A DNA stretch of 64,000 nt from a virus (lineage: Duplodnaviria > Caudoviricetes): the IMG/VR virus record IMGVR_UViG_3300032282_005433, positions 462 to 64,461 of that record. The stretch is one strand, 5' to 3'. Made by a program: the position numbers and the translations under genes. Every line of letters begins with the position of its first letter. Within the stretch, counting starts at the first letter, position 1. Positions 39,673 through 49,700 of this stretch are shown piece after piece. The notes beneath the pieces are model-generated. The model saw only the letters and a program-made list of their open reading frames with translations, did not search any database and had not been told where the DNA came from.

Positions 39673-40134
39673 ATGAGCACAATGAAAGAGCAAGAAATCA
39701 CAAAAATGGAATTTCTTTTAACATTAAATGACAACATTATTGTACAAAGATTTTTCAATGTTAGAGGTTATAATCCTAAAGCAAAAAATTCTGTGGATTT
39801 ATATGATTATATCAAATCCCTTAAGGAAGACCTCCAATATTATTTAAAAATGAAGACAGTTGTTTATATGATGGACAATGTCGATTCAATTATGGCAGAC
39901 CCAAACATAATGGAAACATCTTTCACTGAAGGACCTGAGATTTTTAACATTTTTGTTAAGGTTGGAGAACAGACAATTTGTCATAGAATTTTTGATGGTA
40001 AAATGTTTCCGCCAAAAGTTCGTTATACGGTTGACGTAAGACCATTTTTAAAAGATGTACTTAGAGAGTTAACTGACATCTTTTCAGATGACAAATTAAG
40101 TTACAAATATTTGGAATTTGATTTGAGTATGTGA
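39673..40134 (+). CDS. hypothetical protein
   Basis: 153-aa ORF in the operon between exonuclease and helicase; no motif recognised. Confidence 0.7.
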   Translation: MSTMKEQEITKMEFLLTLNDNIIVQRFFNVRGYNPKAKNSVDLYDYIKSLKEDLQYYLKMKTVVYMMDNVDSIMADPNIMETSFTEGPEIFNIFVKVGEQTICHRIFDGKMFPPKVRYTVDVRPFLKDVLRELTDIFSDDKLSYKYLEFDLSM

Positions 40135-40163
40135 GTATTTAATTAATAGGGGTCAATAATATT

Positions 40164-41543
40164 ATGAATAAAAATTTCGATTATTTAGGGAACACTTTCC
40201 AAATACAGTTATTAAATCAGATTATAGTAGATAAAGAATTCTCCTCAACAATAATGGATGTTATCGAGAGTGTTTATTTTGACAACAAATATTTCAAAAT
40301 CATTTTACAAATGACAAAGGAATATTACTCAAAGTACGAATCAACACCAACATTTGATACTCTTGAACAAATTGTAAAATCTGAAATCACCCAAGAACTT
40401 GTTGCTAAAATTGTTTTAGACACATTAAAACAAGTTAAAGAAGCTCCATTTGAAGGAGTAACTTTTGTACAAGAAAAGGCTTTGAAATTTTGTAAACAAC
40501 AGGAATTACAAAAAGCTATGGACAAAGCTCAGAAGATTATAAATGAGGGTGATTTTGAATCTTATGATAAAGTTGAAGGATTAGTTAGAGAAGCTTTGCA
40601 AGTTGGAGAAAGAGACACTGGAATTACAGATATTTTTTCTAATTTGGATACTGTACTTGATGAGGATTTTAGACACCCTATACCGATAGGTATACCAGGA
40701 ATAGACAAACTACTTAAGGGAGGATTGGCTAAGGGAGAGATAGGTGTTATATTAGCTCCTACGGGTGTTGGAAAAACAACCATTCTAACAAAGATTGCCA
40801 ACACAGCATTTAATCTTGGATATAATGTAATTCAAATATTTTTTGAAGACAATCCAAAAATTGTACAAAGAAAACATTTTACTCTTTGGACAGGAATTGC
40901 TCCCGATGAATTAGTAATTCATAAAGAAGAGGTTATGTCTAAGATTAATGATATTCATGATACTATGAAGAATGAATTAATTTTGAAGAAATTAGCTTCT
41001 GATAGTATGACAATGAATCAAATTAAGAATCAAGTTAGGAAGATGATTGCTGACGGTACAAAAATTGATTTAATTCTTTTAGATTATATTGATTGTGTGT
41101 TACCTGAAAGTTCAAGTAAAGATGAATGGAAAGCTGAAGGTTCTGTGATGAGAGGATTTGAATCTATGTGTCATGAATTGAATCTTGTCGGATGGACAGC
41201 AACACAAGGTAATAGGTCATCAATATCGTCAGATGTTGTAACAACAGACCAAATGGGTGGGTCAATTAAAAAGGCTCAGGTAGGTCATGTTATCATAACA
41301 GTCGCTAAATCTTTACAACAAAAAGAAATGAATTTAGCTACAATCGCAATTACTAAATCAAGAATTGGTAAAGACGGTGTAGTATTTGAAAATTGTAAAT
41401 TCAACAATGAGCTTCTTGAAATTGATACTGAAAGTTCAGTAACTTTCTTAGGGTTTGAAGAACAACAAGAAGAAAGAAAAAAAGACAGAGTTAAAGAATT
41501 ATTGGAGAAAAGAAAAGAAAGAGAAGGACAAAAAAATAGGTAA
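40164..41543 (+). CDS. DnaB-like replicative helicase (T4 gp41-like)
   Basis: GI..ID..L.GGL..GE, APTGVGKT, LLDYID, WTATQ.NR, KSR.G motifs. Confidence 0.92.
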   Translation: MNKNFDYLGNTFQIQLLNQIIVDKEFSSTIMDVIESVYFDNKYFKIILQMTKEYYSKYESTPTFDTLEQIVKSEITQELVAKIVLDTLKQVKEAPFEGVTFVQEKALKFCKQQELQKAMDKAQKIINEGDFESYDKVEGLVREALQVGERDTGITDIFSNLDTVLDEDFRHPIPIGIPGIDKLLKGGLAKGEIGVILAPTGVGKTTILTKIANTAFNLGYNVIQIFFEDNPKIVQRKHFTLWTGIAPDELVIHKEEVMSKINDIHDTMKNELILKKLASDSMTMNQIKNQVRKMIADGTKIDLILLDYIDCVLPESSSKDEWKAEGSVMRGFESMCHELNLVGWTATQGNRSSISSDVVTTDQMGGSIKKAQVGHVIITVAKSLQQKEMNLATIAITKSRIGKDGVVFENCKFNNELLEIDTESSVTFLGFEEQQEERKKDRVKELLEKRKEREGQKNR

Positions 41544-41586
41544 ATAAATATCTACTTTTTTTAAAAAAAACTTATTTTTTTTTAAT

Positions 41587-41650
41587 TAAATATGTGGCCG
41601 AATTAAGTACTACCGCATATTTATTATTAAAATCGACGATTTTTTAATAA
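41587..41650 (+). promoter_or_regulatory. tandem hairpins with TATTTAT (41618) upstream of the RNR gene
   Basis: TAAATATGTGG/CCGCATATTTA stem, then TTATTAAAATC/GATTTT(TT)AATAA stem. Confidence 0.4.
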
Positions 41651-41678
41651 AAATTACACTTAAAAATTTAAACAAAAA

Positions 41679-43541
41679 ATGGACATTTCAAACAGAATTC
41701 TTAGTGATATTACCGTATACATGAAATACGCAAAATATTCACCTGAATTAAAAAGAAGAGAAACGTGGCAAGAATTGGTCACAAGAAACATGGAAATGCA
41801 TATCAAACATTATCCTGAATTAGAAAAAGAAATTCGTGAAAATTACATGTATGTTTACAAGAAGCAAGTATTACCCTCAATGAGGTCTATGCAATTTGCT
41901 GGTAAACCTATTGAAATTTCACCTAACAGAATTTATAATTGTGCATTTGCACCAATAGATGATTGGAGAGTTTTTTCTGAAATAATGTTTTTATTATTAG
42001 GAGGAACAGGTGTCGGGTATTCTGTTCAAAAACATCATGTTGAAGTTTTACCTGAAATTCAAAAACCAAACAAAGAAAGAAGTAGAAGATGGTTAGTTGC
42101 CGATTCAATTGAAGGTTGGGCAGATGCTGTAAAAACTTTGGTTAAATCATATTTTTTTGGAGGTTCTCACATTGAATTTGATTTCAGTGATATTAGAGCT
42201 AAAGGAGCTAGACTTGTAACGTCAGGTGGTAAAGCTCCTGGACCTCAACCACTTAAAGAATGTCTTATAAAGTTAGAAGGTATCCTTGACTCTAAGGAAA
42301 ATGGTGAGAAATTGAGACCAATTGAAGTTCACGATATGGTTTGTCATATTGCAGATGCGGTATTGGCTGGAGGTATTAGAAGAGCGGCACTTATCTCATT
42401 GTTCTCAGCAACTGATGATGAAATGATTGGTTGTAAGTCAGGTGCTTGGTGGGAACAAAACGCCCAAAGAGGTAGAGCAAATAATTCGGCTGTGTTGCTC
42501 CGACACAAAATAACAAAAGATTACTTCATGGACCTTTGGAAGAGAATTGAAGCAAGCGGAGCTGGTGAACCCGGTATTTATTTAACAAATGATAAAGATT
42601 GGGGAACCAATCCTTGTTGTGAAATTGCTCTTAGACCATTCCAATTCTGTAATCTTACAGAGGTTAATGTGTCTAATGTTGTATCTCAAGAAGATTATAA
42701 TGATAGAGTTAGAGCGGCTACGTTTATCGGAACATTACAAGCAGGATATACTAACTTCCATTACTTAAGACCAATTTGGCAAAGAACAACTGAAAAAGAT
42801 GCATTGATTGGAATTTCAATGACAGGTATTGGTTCTGGTGCAGTTTTAAAGTTAGATATGAAATCTGCGGCAAAAACAGTTAAGGAAGAAAATAAAAGAG
42901 TTGCGGAACTATTAAATATTAATCCTGCAGCAAGAACAACAACTGTTAAACCAGCAGGAACAACATCATTAACTTTAGGAACATCAAGTGGAATTCATGC
43001 ATGGCATAATGAATATTACATCAGAAGAGTTAGAGTTGGTAAGAATGAGGCAATTTATTCTCATTTAAAAAATAACCACCCTGAATTAGTTGAAGATGAA
43101 TATTTTAGACCACACGATACTGCTGTTATTGGTATTCCACAAAAATCACCTGAAGGTTCTATCTTAAGAAATGAATCTCCAATTCAACTTCTTGAAAGAG
43201 TTAAGAAAGTTCATATGGAATGGATTAAACCTGGACATAGAACGGGAAATAATTCACACAATGTTTCGGCAACAGTTTCAATAAGAGAACATGAATGGCC
43301 AGCAGTTGGTGAGTGGATGTGGAATGAAAGAGAGTCTTATAATGGACTTTCAGTATTACCCTACTCTAATCACAGTTATAAACAAGCTCCGTTTGAGGAT
43401 TGTACAAAAGAAAAATATGAAGAATTAATGAACGCTTTGAAAGATGTTGATTTATCAAAAATTGTAGAAATGGACGATGATACGGATTTAAGTGGAGAAA
43501 TTGCTTGTGGGGCTAATGGTTGTGAAGTTACATTAGTTTAA
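41679..43541 (+). CDS. nrdJ: class II adenosylcobalamin-dependent ribonucleotide reductase
   Basis: RRETW, LPS.R, NCAF, G.GVG, GGIRRAA, R.RANNS, TNPCCEI, CNL.E, VKPAGT.S and C-terminal Cys pair ACGANGCE; no small-subunit gene adjacent. Confidence 0.85.
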   Translation: MDISNRILSDITVYMKYAKYSPELKRRETWQELVTRNMEMHIKHYPELEKEIRENYMYVYKKQVLPSMRSMQFAGKPIEISPNRIYNCAFAPIDDWRVFSEIMFLLLGGTGVGYSVQKHHVEVLPEIQKPNKERSRRWLVADSIEGWADAVKTLVKSYFFGGSHIEFDFSDIRAKGARLVTSGGKAPGPQPLKECLIKLEGILDSKENGEKLRPIEVHDMVCHIADAVLAGGIRRAALISLFSATDDEMIGCKSGAWWEQNAQRGRANNSAVLLRHKITKDYFMDLWKRIEASGAGEPGIYLTNDKDWGTNPCCEIALRPFQFCNLTEVNVSNVVSQEDYNDRVRAATFIGTLQAGYTNFHYLRPIWQRTTEKDALIGISMTGIGSGAVLKLDMKSAAKTVKEENKRVAELLNINPAARTTTVKPAGTTSLTLGTSSGIHAWHNEYYIRRVRVGKNEAIYSHLKNNHPELVEDEYFRPHDTAVIGIPQKSPEGSILRNESPIQLLERVKKVHMEWIKPGHRTGNNSHNVSATVSIREHEWPAVGEWMWNERESYNGLSVLPYSNHSYKQAPFEDCTKEKYEELMNALKDVDLSKIVEMDDDTDLSGEIACGANGCEVTLV

Positions 43542-43563
43542 TTAATAAAAAACTTTATCTTAT

Positions 43564-43594
43564 AAAGGTGAGTAATTAAACATTACTCACCTTT
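43564..43594 (+). terminator. terminator-like hairpin after nrdJ
   Basis: AAAGGTGAGTAAT-TAAAC-ATTACTCACCTTT, perfect 13-bp stem. Confidence 0.7.
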
Positions 43595-43598
43595 CGTA

Positions 43599-43605
43599 TA
43601 TTTAT
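43599..43605 (+). promoter_or_regulatory. TATTTAT upstream motif, 4 nt before ATG
   Basis: CGTATATTTATTAAT-ATG(43610). Confidence 0.55.
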
Positions 43606-43609
43606 TAAT

Positions 43610-44167
43610 ATGGGAAAAAAAGGACAAACAAAATATGAAGGCATGTTTTATAAAAATCAAACATTCAATAAATGGATGGTACTTGACGAAAAAGTAGTCA
43701 TAATTAGAGAAGCTAGGCTTTTATGTAAATGCACAGAATGTAATGTAACTGAAAAATATGTACCAATAATACAACTAATAAATAATGTAACTAAAAGATG
43801 TTATGGTTGTGGATATTCAAGAAAACAAAATGAGAATCCTGCTTGGAAAGGATTTAAAGAAATACCTTTTGCTTGGTTTAGTAAATATTTTCTTAGAAAA
43901 GGTAGAAAAAGAAAAGGTGAAATATCTATAGAAGATGTTTATGATTTATGGATAAAACAAAACAAAAAATGTAAGTTGTCAGGACTTGAAATTGATTTTA
44001 TTAAAACAGAGAAAGGTATTTCAGCATCAATAGATAGGATTGATTCTAATTGTGATTATATATTAGAAAATGTACAAATAGTCCATAAAGATGTTAATCT
44101 TATGAAAAATTCATTTCCGCAAGAATATTTTATCGAATTATGTAAAAAAATTGCTTATGGAAAATGA
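43610..44167 (+). CDS. free-standing HNH-type (His-Me finger) endonuclease
   Basis: CKC.EC, C.GCG, NP.WKG, C.LSG, SIDRIDS...Y...NVQ.VH..VN.MK. Confidence 0.75.
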   Translation: MGKKGQTKYEGMFYKNQTFNKWMVLDEKVVIIREARLLCKCTECNVTEKYVPIIQLINNVTKRCYGCGYSRKQNENPAWKGFKEIPFAWFSKYFLRKGRKRKGEISIEDVYDLWIKQNKKCKLSGLEIDFIKTEKGISASIDRIDSNCDYILENVQIVHKDVNLMKNSFPQEYFIELCKKIAYGK

Positions 44168-44345
44168 AAAAAAGAATCAAGATAAGATTCTCCCTTCTTA
44201 TTATTACATAGAAGGAAAAAGTATTGTATTTACAGAACAATATCATTTAGATAGAGGTCATTGTTGTGGTTCTGTTAATGGATGTCGACATTGCCCGTAT
44301 GAGCCAAAAGGAATAAAAGGGAATAGTTGTTTAATAAAAAAATAA
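44157..44345 (+). CDS. small Cys-rich protein (DUF5522-like)
   Basis: YY......VFTE.YHL.RG.CCG...GCRHCPY; ATG at 44157. Confidence 0.7.
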   Translation: MENEKKNQDKILPSYYYIEGKSIVFTEQYHLDRGHCCGSVNGCRHCPYEPKGIKGNSCLIKK

Positions 44346-44353
44346 TCAAAGTA

Positions 44354-44360
44354 TATTTAT
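44354..44360 (+). promoter_or_regulatory. TATTTAT upstream motif, 5 nt before ATG
   Basis: GTATATTTATAACGT-ATG(44366). Confidence 0.55.
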
Positions 44361-44365
44361 AACGT

Positions 44366-44836
44366 ATGGCAGATGGAACTACATATGGTTTAAATTTTCC
44401 CTTTAGAGATTCTATGAGAGGAGATTATTTAGAATTAACTCAATTTGAATCTCAAGAAGTTAAAGCAGATTTAATACATTTATTACTAACGAGAAAAGGT
44501 TCTAGATATTTTTTACCAGATTTTGGAACAAGATTATATGAATATATATTTGAACCTTATGACGGATTAACATTTGATGCAATAGAATCTGATATTAGAG
44601 ACTCGATTCAAAAATACATGCCAAATTTATTGGTTAATAAAATAACAATAGAACCTGCAGATATTAATGATGAAGTTAGTCCTACAAATAGTAGGGATAT
44701 TGAAGGAGACCAAATGTGGTCCATATATAGAGTTCCTGGTAAAGGAACTGCAGAATACACCGCTAAAGTTAAAATAGATTATGCAACAAACGCATCAACT
44801 TTCGCTCAAAGTGATTTCATTATTCTTAATATTTAA
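44366..44836 (+). CDS. baseplate wedge/sheath initiator (T4 gp25-like)
   Basis: GLNFPF, LI.LLLTRKG.R...PDFGT.L...IFEP, I...I..Y.P. Confidence 0.9.
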   Translation: MADGTTYGLNFPFRDSMRGDYLELTQFESQEVKADLIHLLLTRKGSRYFLPDFGTRLYEYIFEPYDGLTFDAIESDIRDSIQKYMPNLLVNKITIEPADINDEVSPTNSRDIEGDQMWSIYRVPGKGTAEYTAKVKIDYATNASTFAQSDFIILNI

Positions 44837-44841
44837 TATAA

Positions 44842-46680
44842 ATGGCAAATCGTAAAATATCGTATACAACCAGAGATTTTCAGGCAATTAGAACTGAACT
44901 TTTAAATTATGCTAAAACATATTATCCTGATTTAATTCAAGATTTTAATGATGCTTCTGTATTTTCTATATTTTTGGATATGAACTCCGCTGTTGCAGAT
45001 AATCTACATTATCATATTGATAGAAGTATTCAAGAAACTGTTTTACAATATGCTCAACAAAGGTCATCAATATATAACATAGCAAGAACTTATGGATTAA
45101 AACTCCCTGGACAAAGACCATCAGTTTCATTAGTTGATTTTTCAATAACAGTTCCCGCTTATGGAGATAAAGAAGATGAGAGATATCTTGGAACATTAAT
45201 AAGAGGTTCACAAATTATTGGAGCTGGTATTGTGTTTGAAAACATTTATGATATTGATTTTGCTTCTCCATATAATGCGCAAGGTTTTCCAAACAGATTA
45301 AAAATTCCTAATTTTAATGCAAATAATGTTTTAATAAATTATACAATAACTAAAAGAGAAATTGTTGTTAATGGTATTACAAAAGTGTTTAAAAGAGTTA
45401 TTGGGGCAAATGATGTTAAACCATTTTTTGAATTATTTTTACCTGAAAAAAATGTTTTAGGTATAACAAGTGTTTTATTAAAAAATGGAACTGAATATAC
45501 AAACGTACCAACAACTGCAGAATTTTTAGGATTAAGTAATAGATGGTATGAAGTTGACGCTTTGGCGGAAGACAGGGTCTTTATTGAAGACCCAACAAAA
45601 GTATCAGACCAACCAGGGATTAAAGTGGGAAAATATATACAAACTCAAAATAGATTTATGACAGAGTATACACCTGAAGGATTCAAAAAAATGACATTTG
45701 GAGGAGGAACAAATACTGCTCAGGATGCTTTAAATGAATTTACAACATTAGGTACGACTTTAGAGTTACAAAAATATTCAAATAACTTTTCTTTAGGTTC
45801 TACTTTAACACCAAATTCAACTTTGTTTATTCAATATAGAGTTGGTGGTGGATTGGCAACAAACTTAGGTACAAATGTTATAAATCAAGTTGGAACTGTT
45901 TCTTTTTTTGTTAACGGACCTTCAGAGGTAACAAACTCATCTGTAGTTAATTCTCTTAGATGTGTTAACGTAACTGCAGCAGTTGGAGGTGCGGGAGTAC
46001 CATCTTTGGAAGAAATAAGAAATTATGTTTCGTTTAATTTTTCGGCACAAAAAAGAGCTGTTACAGTTCAAGATTATGAATCATTAATAAGAAATATGCC
46101 AGCACAATTTGGGGCACCGGCAAAAGTTTCAATTACTGAAAATGATAATAAAATTTTGATTCAAATATTATCATATGATACGTCAGGTAAATTGACAAAT
46201 ATTGTGTCAAACACTTTAAAACAAAATATTGCAAATTATTTGTCTAACTACAGAATGATGAATGATTATATATCAATCTTTACTGCTGAAGTAATTGATT
46301 TGAGTGTTGATGTTGCAATTGTTTTAGATTCTGCACAAAACTCAGGACAAGTAATATCTGAAGTTATTGATAGAGTATCCACATATTTCAACCCACAAAC
46401 AAGACAATTAGGTCAAAATGTTTATTTGTCTGAATTAAGAAGTTTAATACAAAATCAAAATGGTATTTTAGCTGTTGCTAGTTTAAATATTTACAATGAA
46501 GTCGGTGGACAATATTCTTCGGCTGAAACATCTATGGAGTATTCTAATCCTGAAACAAAATTAATTGGGCCAGTTGATGATACAATATTTGCACAACCAT
46601 CTCAGGTTTATCAAATAAGATATCCTAATAAAGATATTAGAGTATCTGTTAAAAATTTCCAATCGATTACTTTTTCCTAA
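44842..46680 (+). CDS. baseplate wedge protein (T4 gp6 / baseplate J-like)
   Basis: Y..RDF..IR..L, AQ.R.S..NIA...G, FG.G, YRVGGG...N, A.GG....S.EEIR, Q.RAVT..DY. Confidence 0.9.
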   Translation: MANRKISYTTRDFQAIRTELLNYAKTYYPDLIQDFNDASVFSIFLDMNSAVADNLHYHIDRSIQETVLQYAQQRSSIYNIARTYGLKLPGQRPSVSLVDFSITVPAYGDKEDERYLGTLIRGSQIIGAGIVFENIYDIDFASPYNAQGFPNRLKIPNFNANNVLINYTITKREIVVNGITKVFKRVIGANDVKPFFELFLPEKNVLGITSVLLKNGTEYTNVPTTAEFLGLSNRWYEVDALAEDRVFIEDPTKVSDQPGIKVGKYIQTQNRFMTEYTPEGFKKMTFGGGTNTAQDALNEFTTLGTTLELQKYSNNFSLGSTLTPNSTLFIQYRVGGGLATNLGTNVINQVGTVSFFVNGPSEVTNSSVVNSLRCVNVTAAVGGAGVPSLEEIRNYVSFNFSAQKRAVTVQDYESLIRNMPAQFGAPAKVSITENDNKILIQILSYDTSGKLTNIVSNTLKQNIANYLSNYRMMNDYISIFTAEVIDLSVDVAIVLDSAQNSGQVISEVIDRVSTYFNPQTRQLGQNVYLSELRSLIQNQNGILAVASLNIYNEVGGQYSSAETSMEYSNPETKLIGPVDDTIFAQPSQVYQIRYPNKDIRVSVKNFQSITFS

Positions 46681-46758
46681 CAAGTTTATTTATACGTTTA
46701 TTGTTTTATAATTTATAATGTGGGCAATTGATTTTTCCCTGAAAAATTACACATAAAC

Positions 46759-46765
46759 TATTTAT
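46759..46765 (+). promoter_or_regulatory. TATTTAT upstream motif
   Basis: 16 nt before ATG 46782; another copy at 46687. Confidence 0.55.
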
Positions 46766-46781
46766 AAATTAAAGGTGTCTA

Positions 46782-49700
46782 ATGGGACAATCGTATAGAA
46801 TAAGAACGGAACAAGGAATTAATAAAACAATTACAGTTCAAATAGACCAAGAGTTTGAATTTTTAGAGATTTTATCTTTAAAGATTCAACAGGCAGACAT
46901 CTATTTAAGAAATTGTTCTGATTATGGAGTTGTTGTTGGTAGAGTCACTGCAAATAATGGATTTGGTGTTCCAAACGCTAGAATATCCGTATTCATTCCT
47001 ATCGACGCTGTAGACCAATCAAATCCAATAATCACCAGCATTTATCCCTATAAGTCTCCTACAGATAAAAATGAAGATGGTTATAGATATAATCTATTAC
47101 CATATGAAAAATCATATTCAAAACATGCCGCAACAGGAACATTACCTTCAAGATTAGATGTACTAACAGGACAAACGGCTATTGAAATTTATGACAAGTA
47201 TTATAAGTATACCGCAAAAACAAATGAAAGCGGTGATTATATGATTATGGGAGTACCATTAGGTGCTCAAACATTATTCATGGATATTGATTTATCAGAT
47301 ATTGGTGAATTTTCATTAACACCACAAGATTTAATTAGAATGGGATTGGCAACAGAAACCCAAGTTGAGGGGAATCAATTTAGTACTTCAAATGATTTAA
47401 ATTCACTACCACAAATAATATCAATAACAAAAACTTTAGAAGTCGCACCGTTATGGGGAGACCCATCTATTTGTCAATTAGCTATTAATAGAGTTGATTT
47501 TGATTTAAGAGATGATGCAAATATTAACATACAACCGACCGCTGTTTTTATGGGGTCTATGTTTACATCACCTGATAAATTTAGAATTAGAAATAATTGT
47601 AAGCCAAAAGATAACATGGGCAACCTATGTAATTTAGACACAGGTCCGGGACAAATATTAGCAATAAGACAGACTATAAATCAAGATTCAGATGGTAATC
47701 CAGTATTAGAACAATATCAGTTAGAACAATCCGGAAATATTATAGACGGAAATGGGGTATGGTTAACTGAATTACCTATGAATTTAGAATATGTTATAAC
47801 AAATGAGTTTGGTGAAAAAGTAGTGTCACATGACCCATCAATTGGAATTCCGACTAAAGGAAAATATAGATTCAAAATTAAATGGCAACAACCTGCAACG
47901 TTAACAGAACAAACCAGGAGAGCGTATTATCTTGTCCCAAATGTTAGAGAGTATGGATGGACAAATAGTTCAGAAGACCCGAATGATGACACTAATGGAA
48001 ATATAACAATAGGACAACGAAATCAATTATCTAGTTCTTATTATTTTGGGTTAAATTGGAGTGGATATACTGATGGATTATCAAATAACACAGAAAAAAA
48101 TAATAAACTAGATGAAATTATTGATTGTCAAGATACTTTTTACGAATTTAATTTTAATAAAGTTTATACTGTTGCAAGTTTGATTGATGAATATAAAAAT
48201 GGAGGAAGAGGTAGATTTGTCGGAATTAAAGAAATTGATAATGACGATTGTTCAAGCACGGTCAATAAATTTCCAACAAATGATGGGTTTAGAAATTTTG
48301 ATTTTTTATTTTTTATTTTTTCGTTATTACTTCAATTGTTTCAAGTAATTGGAATTCCTATTTTAATAGTTGCACATATAGTACTTTTTATTTATGCTAT
48401 ATTAATTTTTTTATTATGTAAATTATGTGGAATTAAAATACCTGTTATAAATGTAAGGCCATTTCAATTTATTTGTAACTTGTTAAATATTAAATGCCAA
48501 ACACAAAATTTTACGGTAAGATTACCAATGATAACATATCCTGAATGTGAGGCGTGTCAATGTAAAGATACAAATTTAATTTCTCAAGCTGTTGGAAATG
48601 GTGGAGATGGGGTACTATCTTATTTTTCGTATTCTTCAGATTATTATGTAAATTTACAAAGTATAATAGCAGTAAACGAACCAGACCAAGAAAATGTAAT
48701 AAACAAAGCACTAATGTATTCTCAAGCAATTGCTGGAAATGGAGATAATGTTTCTGATTTGAATTTATTCAAAATGCCAAAATCTCAAGTTTTAAACCTT
48801 CCAAGTGACGATAATAGATATTTTGTACATTCAGTTGATTTACCGTTAGGAGAAAGGATTAACATTTTTAATACAAGGGATTCTTATTTTAGTAATGAAA
48901 TTAATAAAATTCAAGTTACTTTTGCAAAAGATTCCAATAACGGTAAAATACATTTTGATAATACAATTACTGTTATTGCAAATGCTCCATTTACTTCAGG
49001 AGATTTGTTAACTTCGGTTGACCCCGCAACATCTTCCGATTTAAATTTTTTATATACAGCAGTAACAGATAATGGTGTAGTACAGGGAATTACAGGTATT
49101 ACACAAACACTTCCATTTCAATTACCTGTTGAATATGCCACATCACAATCTTCAAATTCAATACCGGTATTGTATCAAATGCCAACAGGAACAACAATTA
49201 ATAGGCAACTTTATCCTATGGATAGAGAATATTTTCAAGTTATAACAGCAATTACAATATCTGAAGCGTCTAAAATTTGGACAACATCGTCCGCACAATC
49301 TTTACCTGATATTTTAAATTCTAGTGTTAGTGTTATAATGAGGAGACATACAAATTTAGGAGGTAAATATAAATACCACCGCACAGACACTTATAAGTAT
49401 AGTGATGTGTTTGCTGATTTCGGGTCTCAGTATATTGTTATATTACAAAGAGGCGTTGACCCATATTCACCAAAATTTAATAATGAATATGGGATAGGTA
49501 AAATTTTAGGAAAAACAAACGCATCCGATATAACAATTACAGCATCAACAAGAGTTAATATACCAATACAAAAACTTAATTCAACAACTAAATCCGTTCA
49601 AACTTTTACTCAAAATAATGTTTTTTATCAATCAAAATTTTTTACACCTGGAAATGGATTTTCAGGATTTACAAGTTCTAGTGTTGGTTATTATGGGGCT

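Noticed and set aside
41551-41678. Cobalamin riboswitch or NrdR box upstream of nrdJ
   Set aside because: The region is too short and AT-rich for the riboswitch, and the match to the NrdR palindrome is poor.
7050-43541. Inteins or introns in polB, dnaB, recA or nrdJ
   Set aside because: Protein lengths are ordinary, frames are uninterrupted, and no splice-junction or LAGLIDADG motifs were seen.
15813-46680. Bacterial extracellular contractile injection system or T6SS locus
   Set aside because: Neck proteins and a phage replication set are interleaved with the tail genes, and no cellular housekeeping genes are present.
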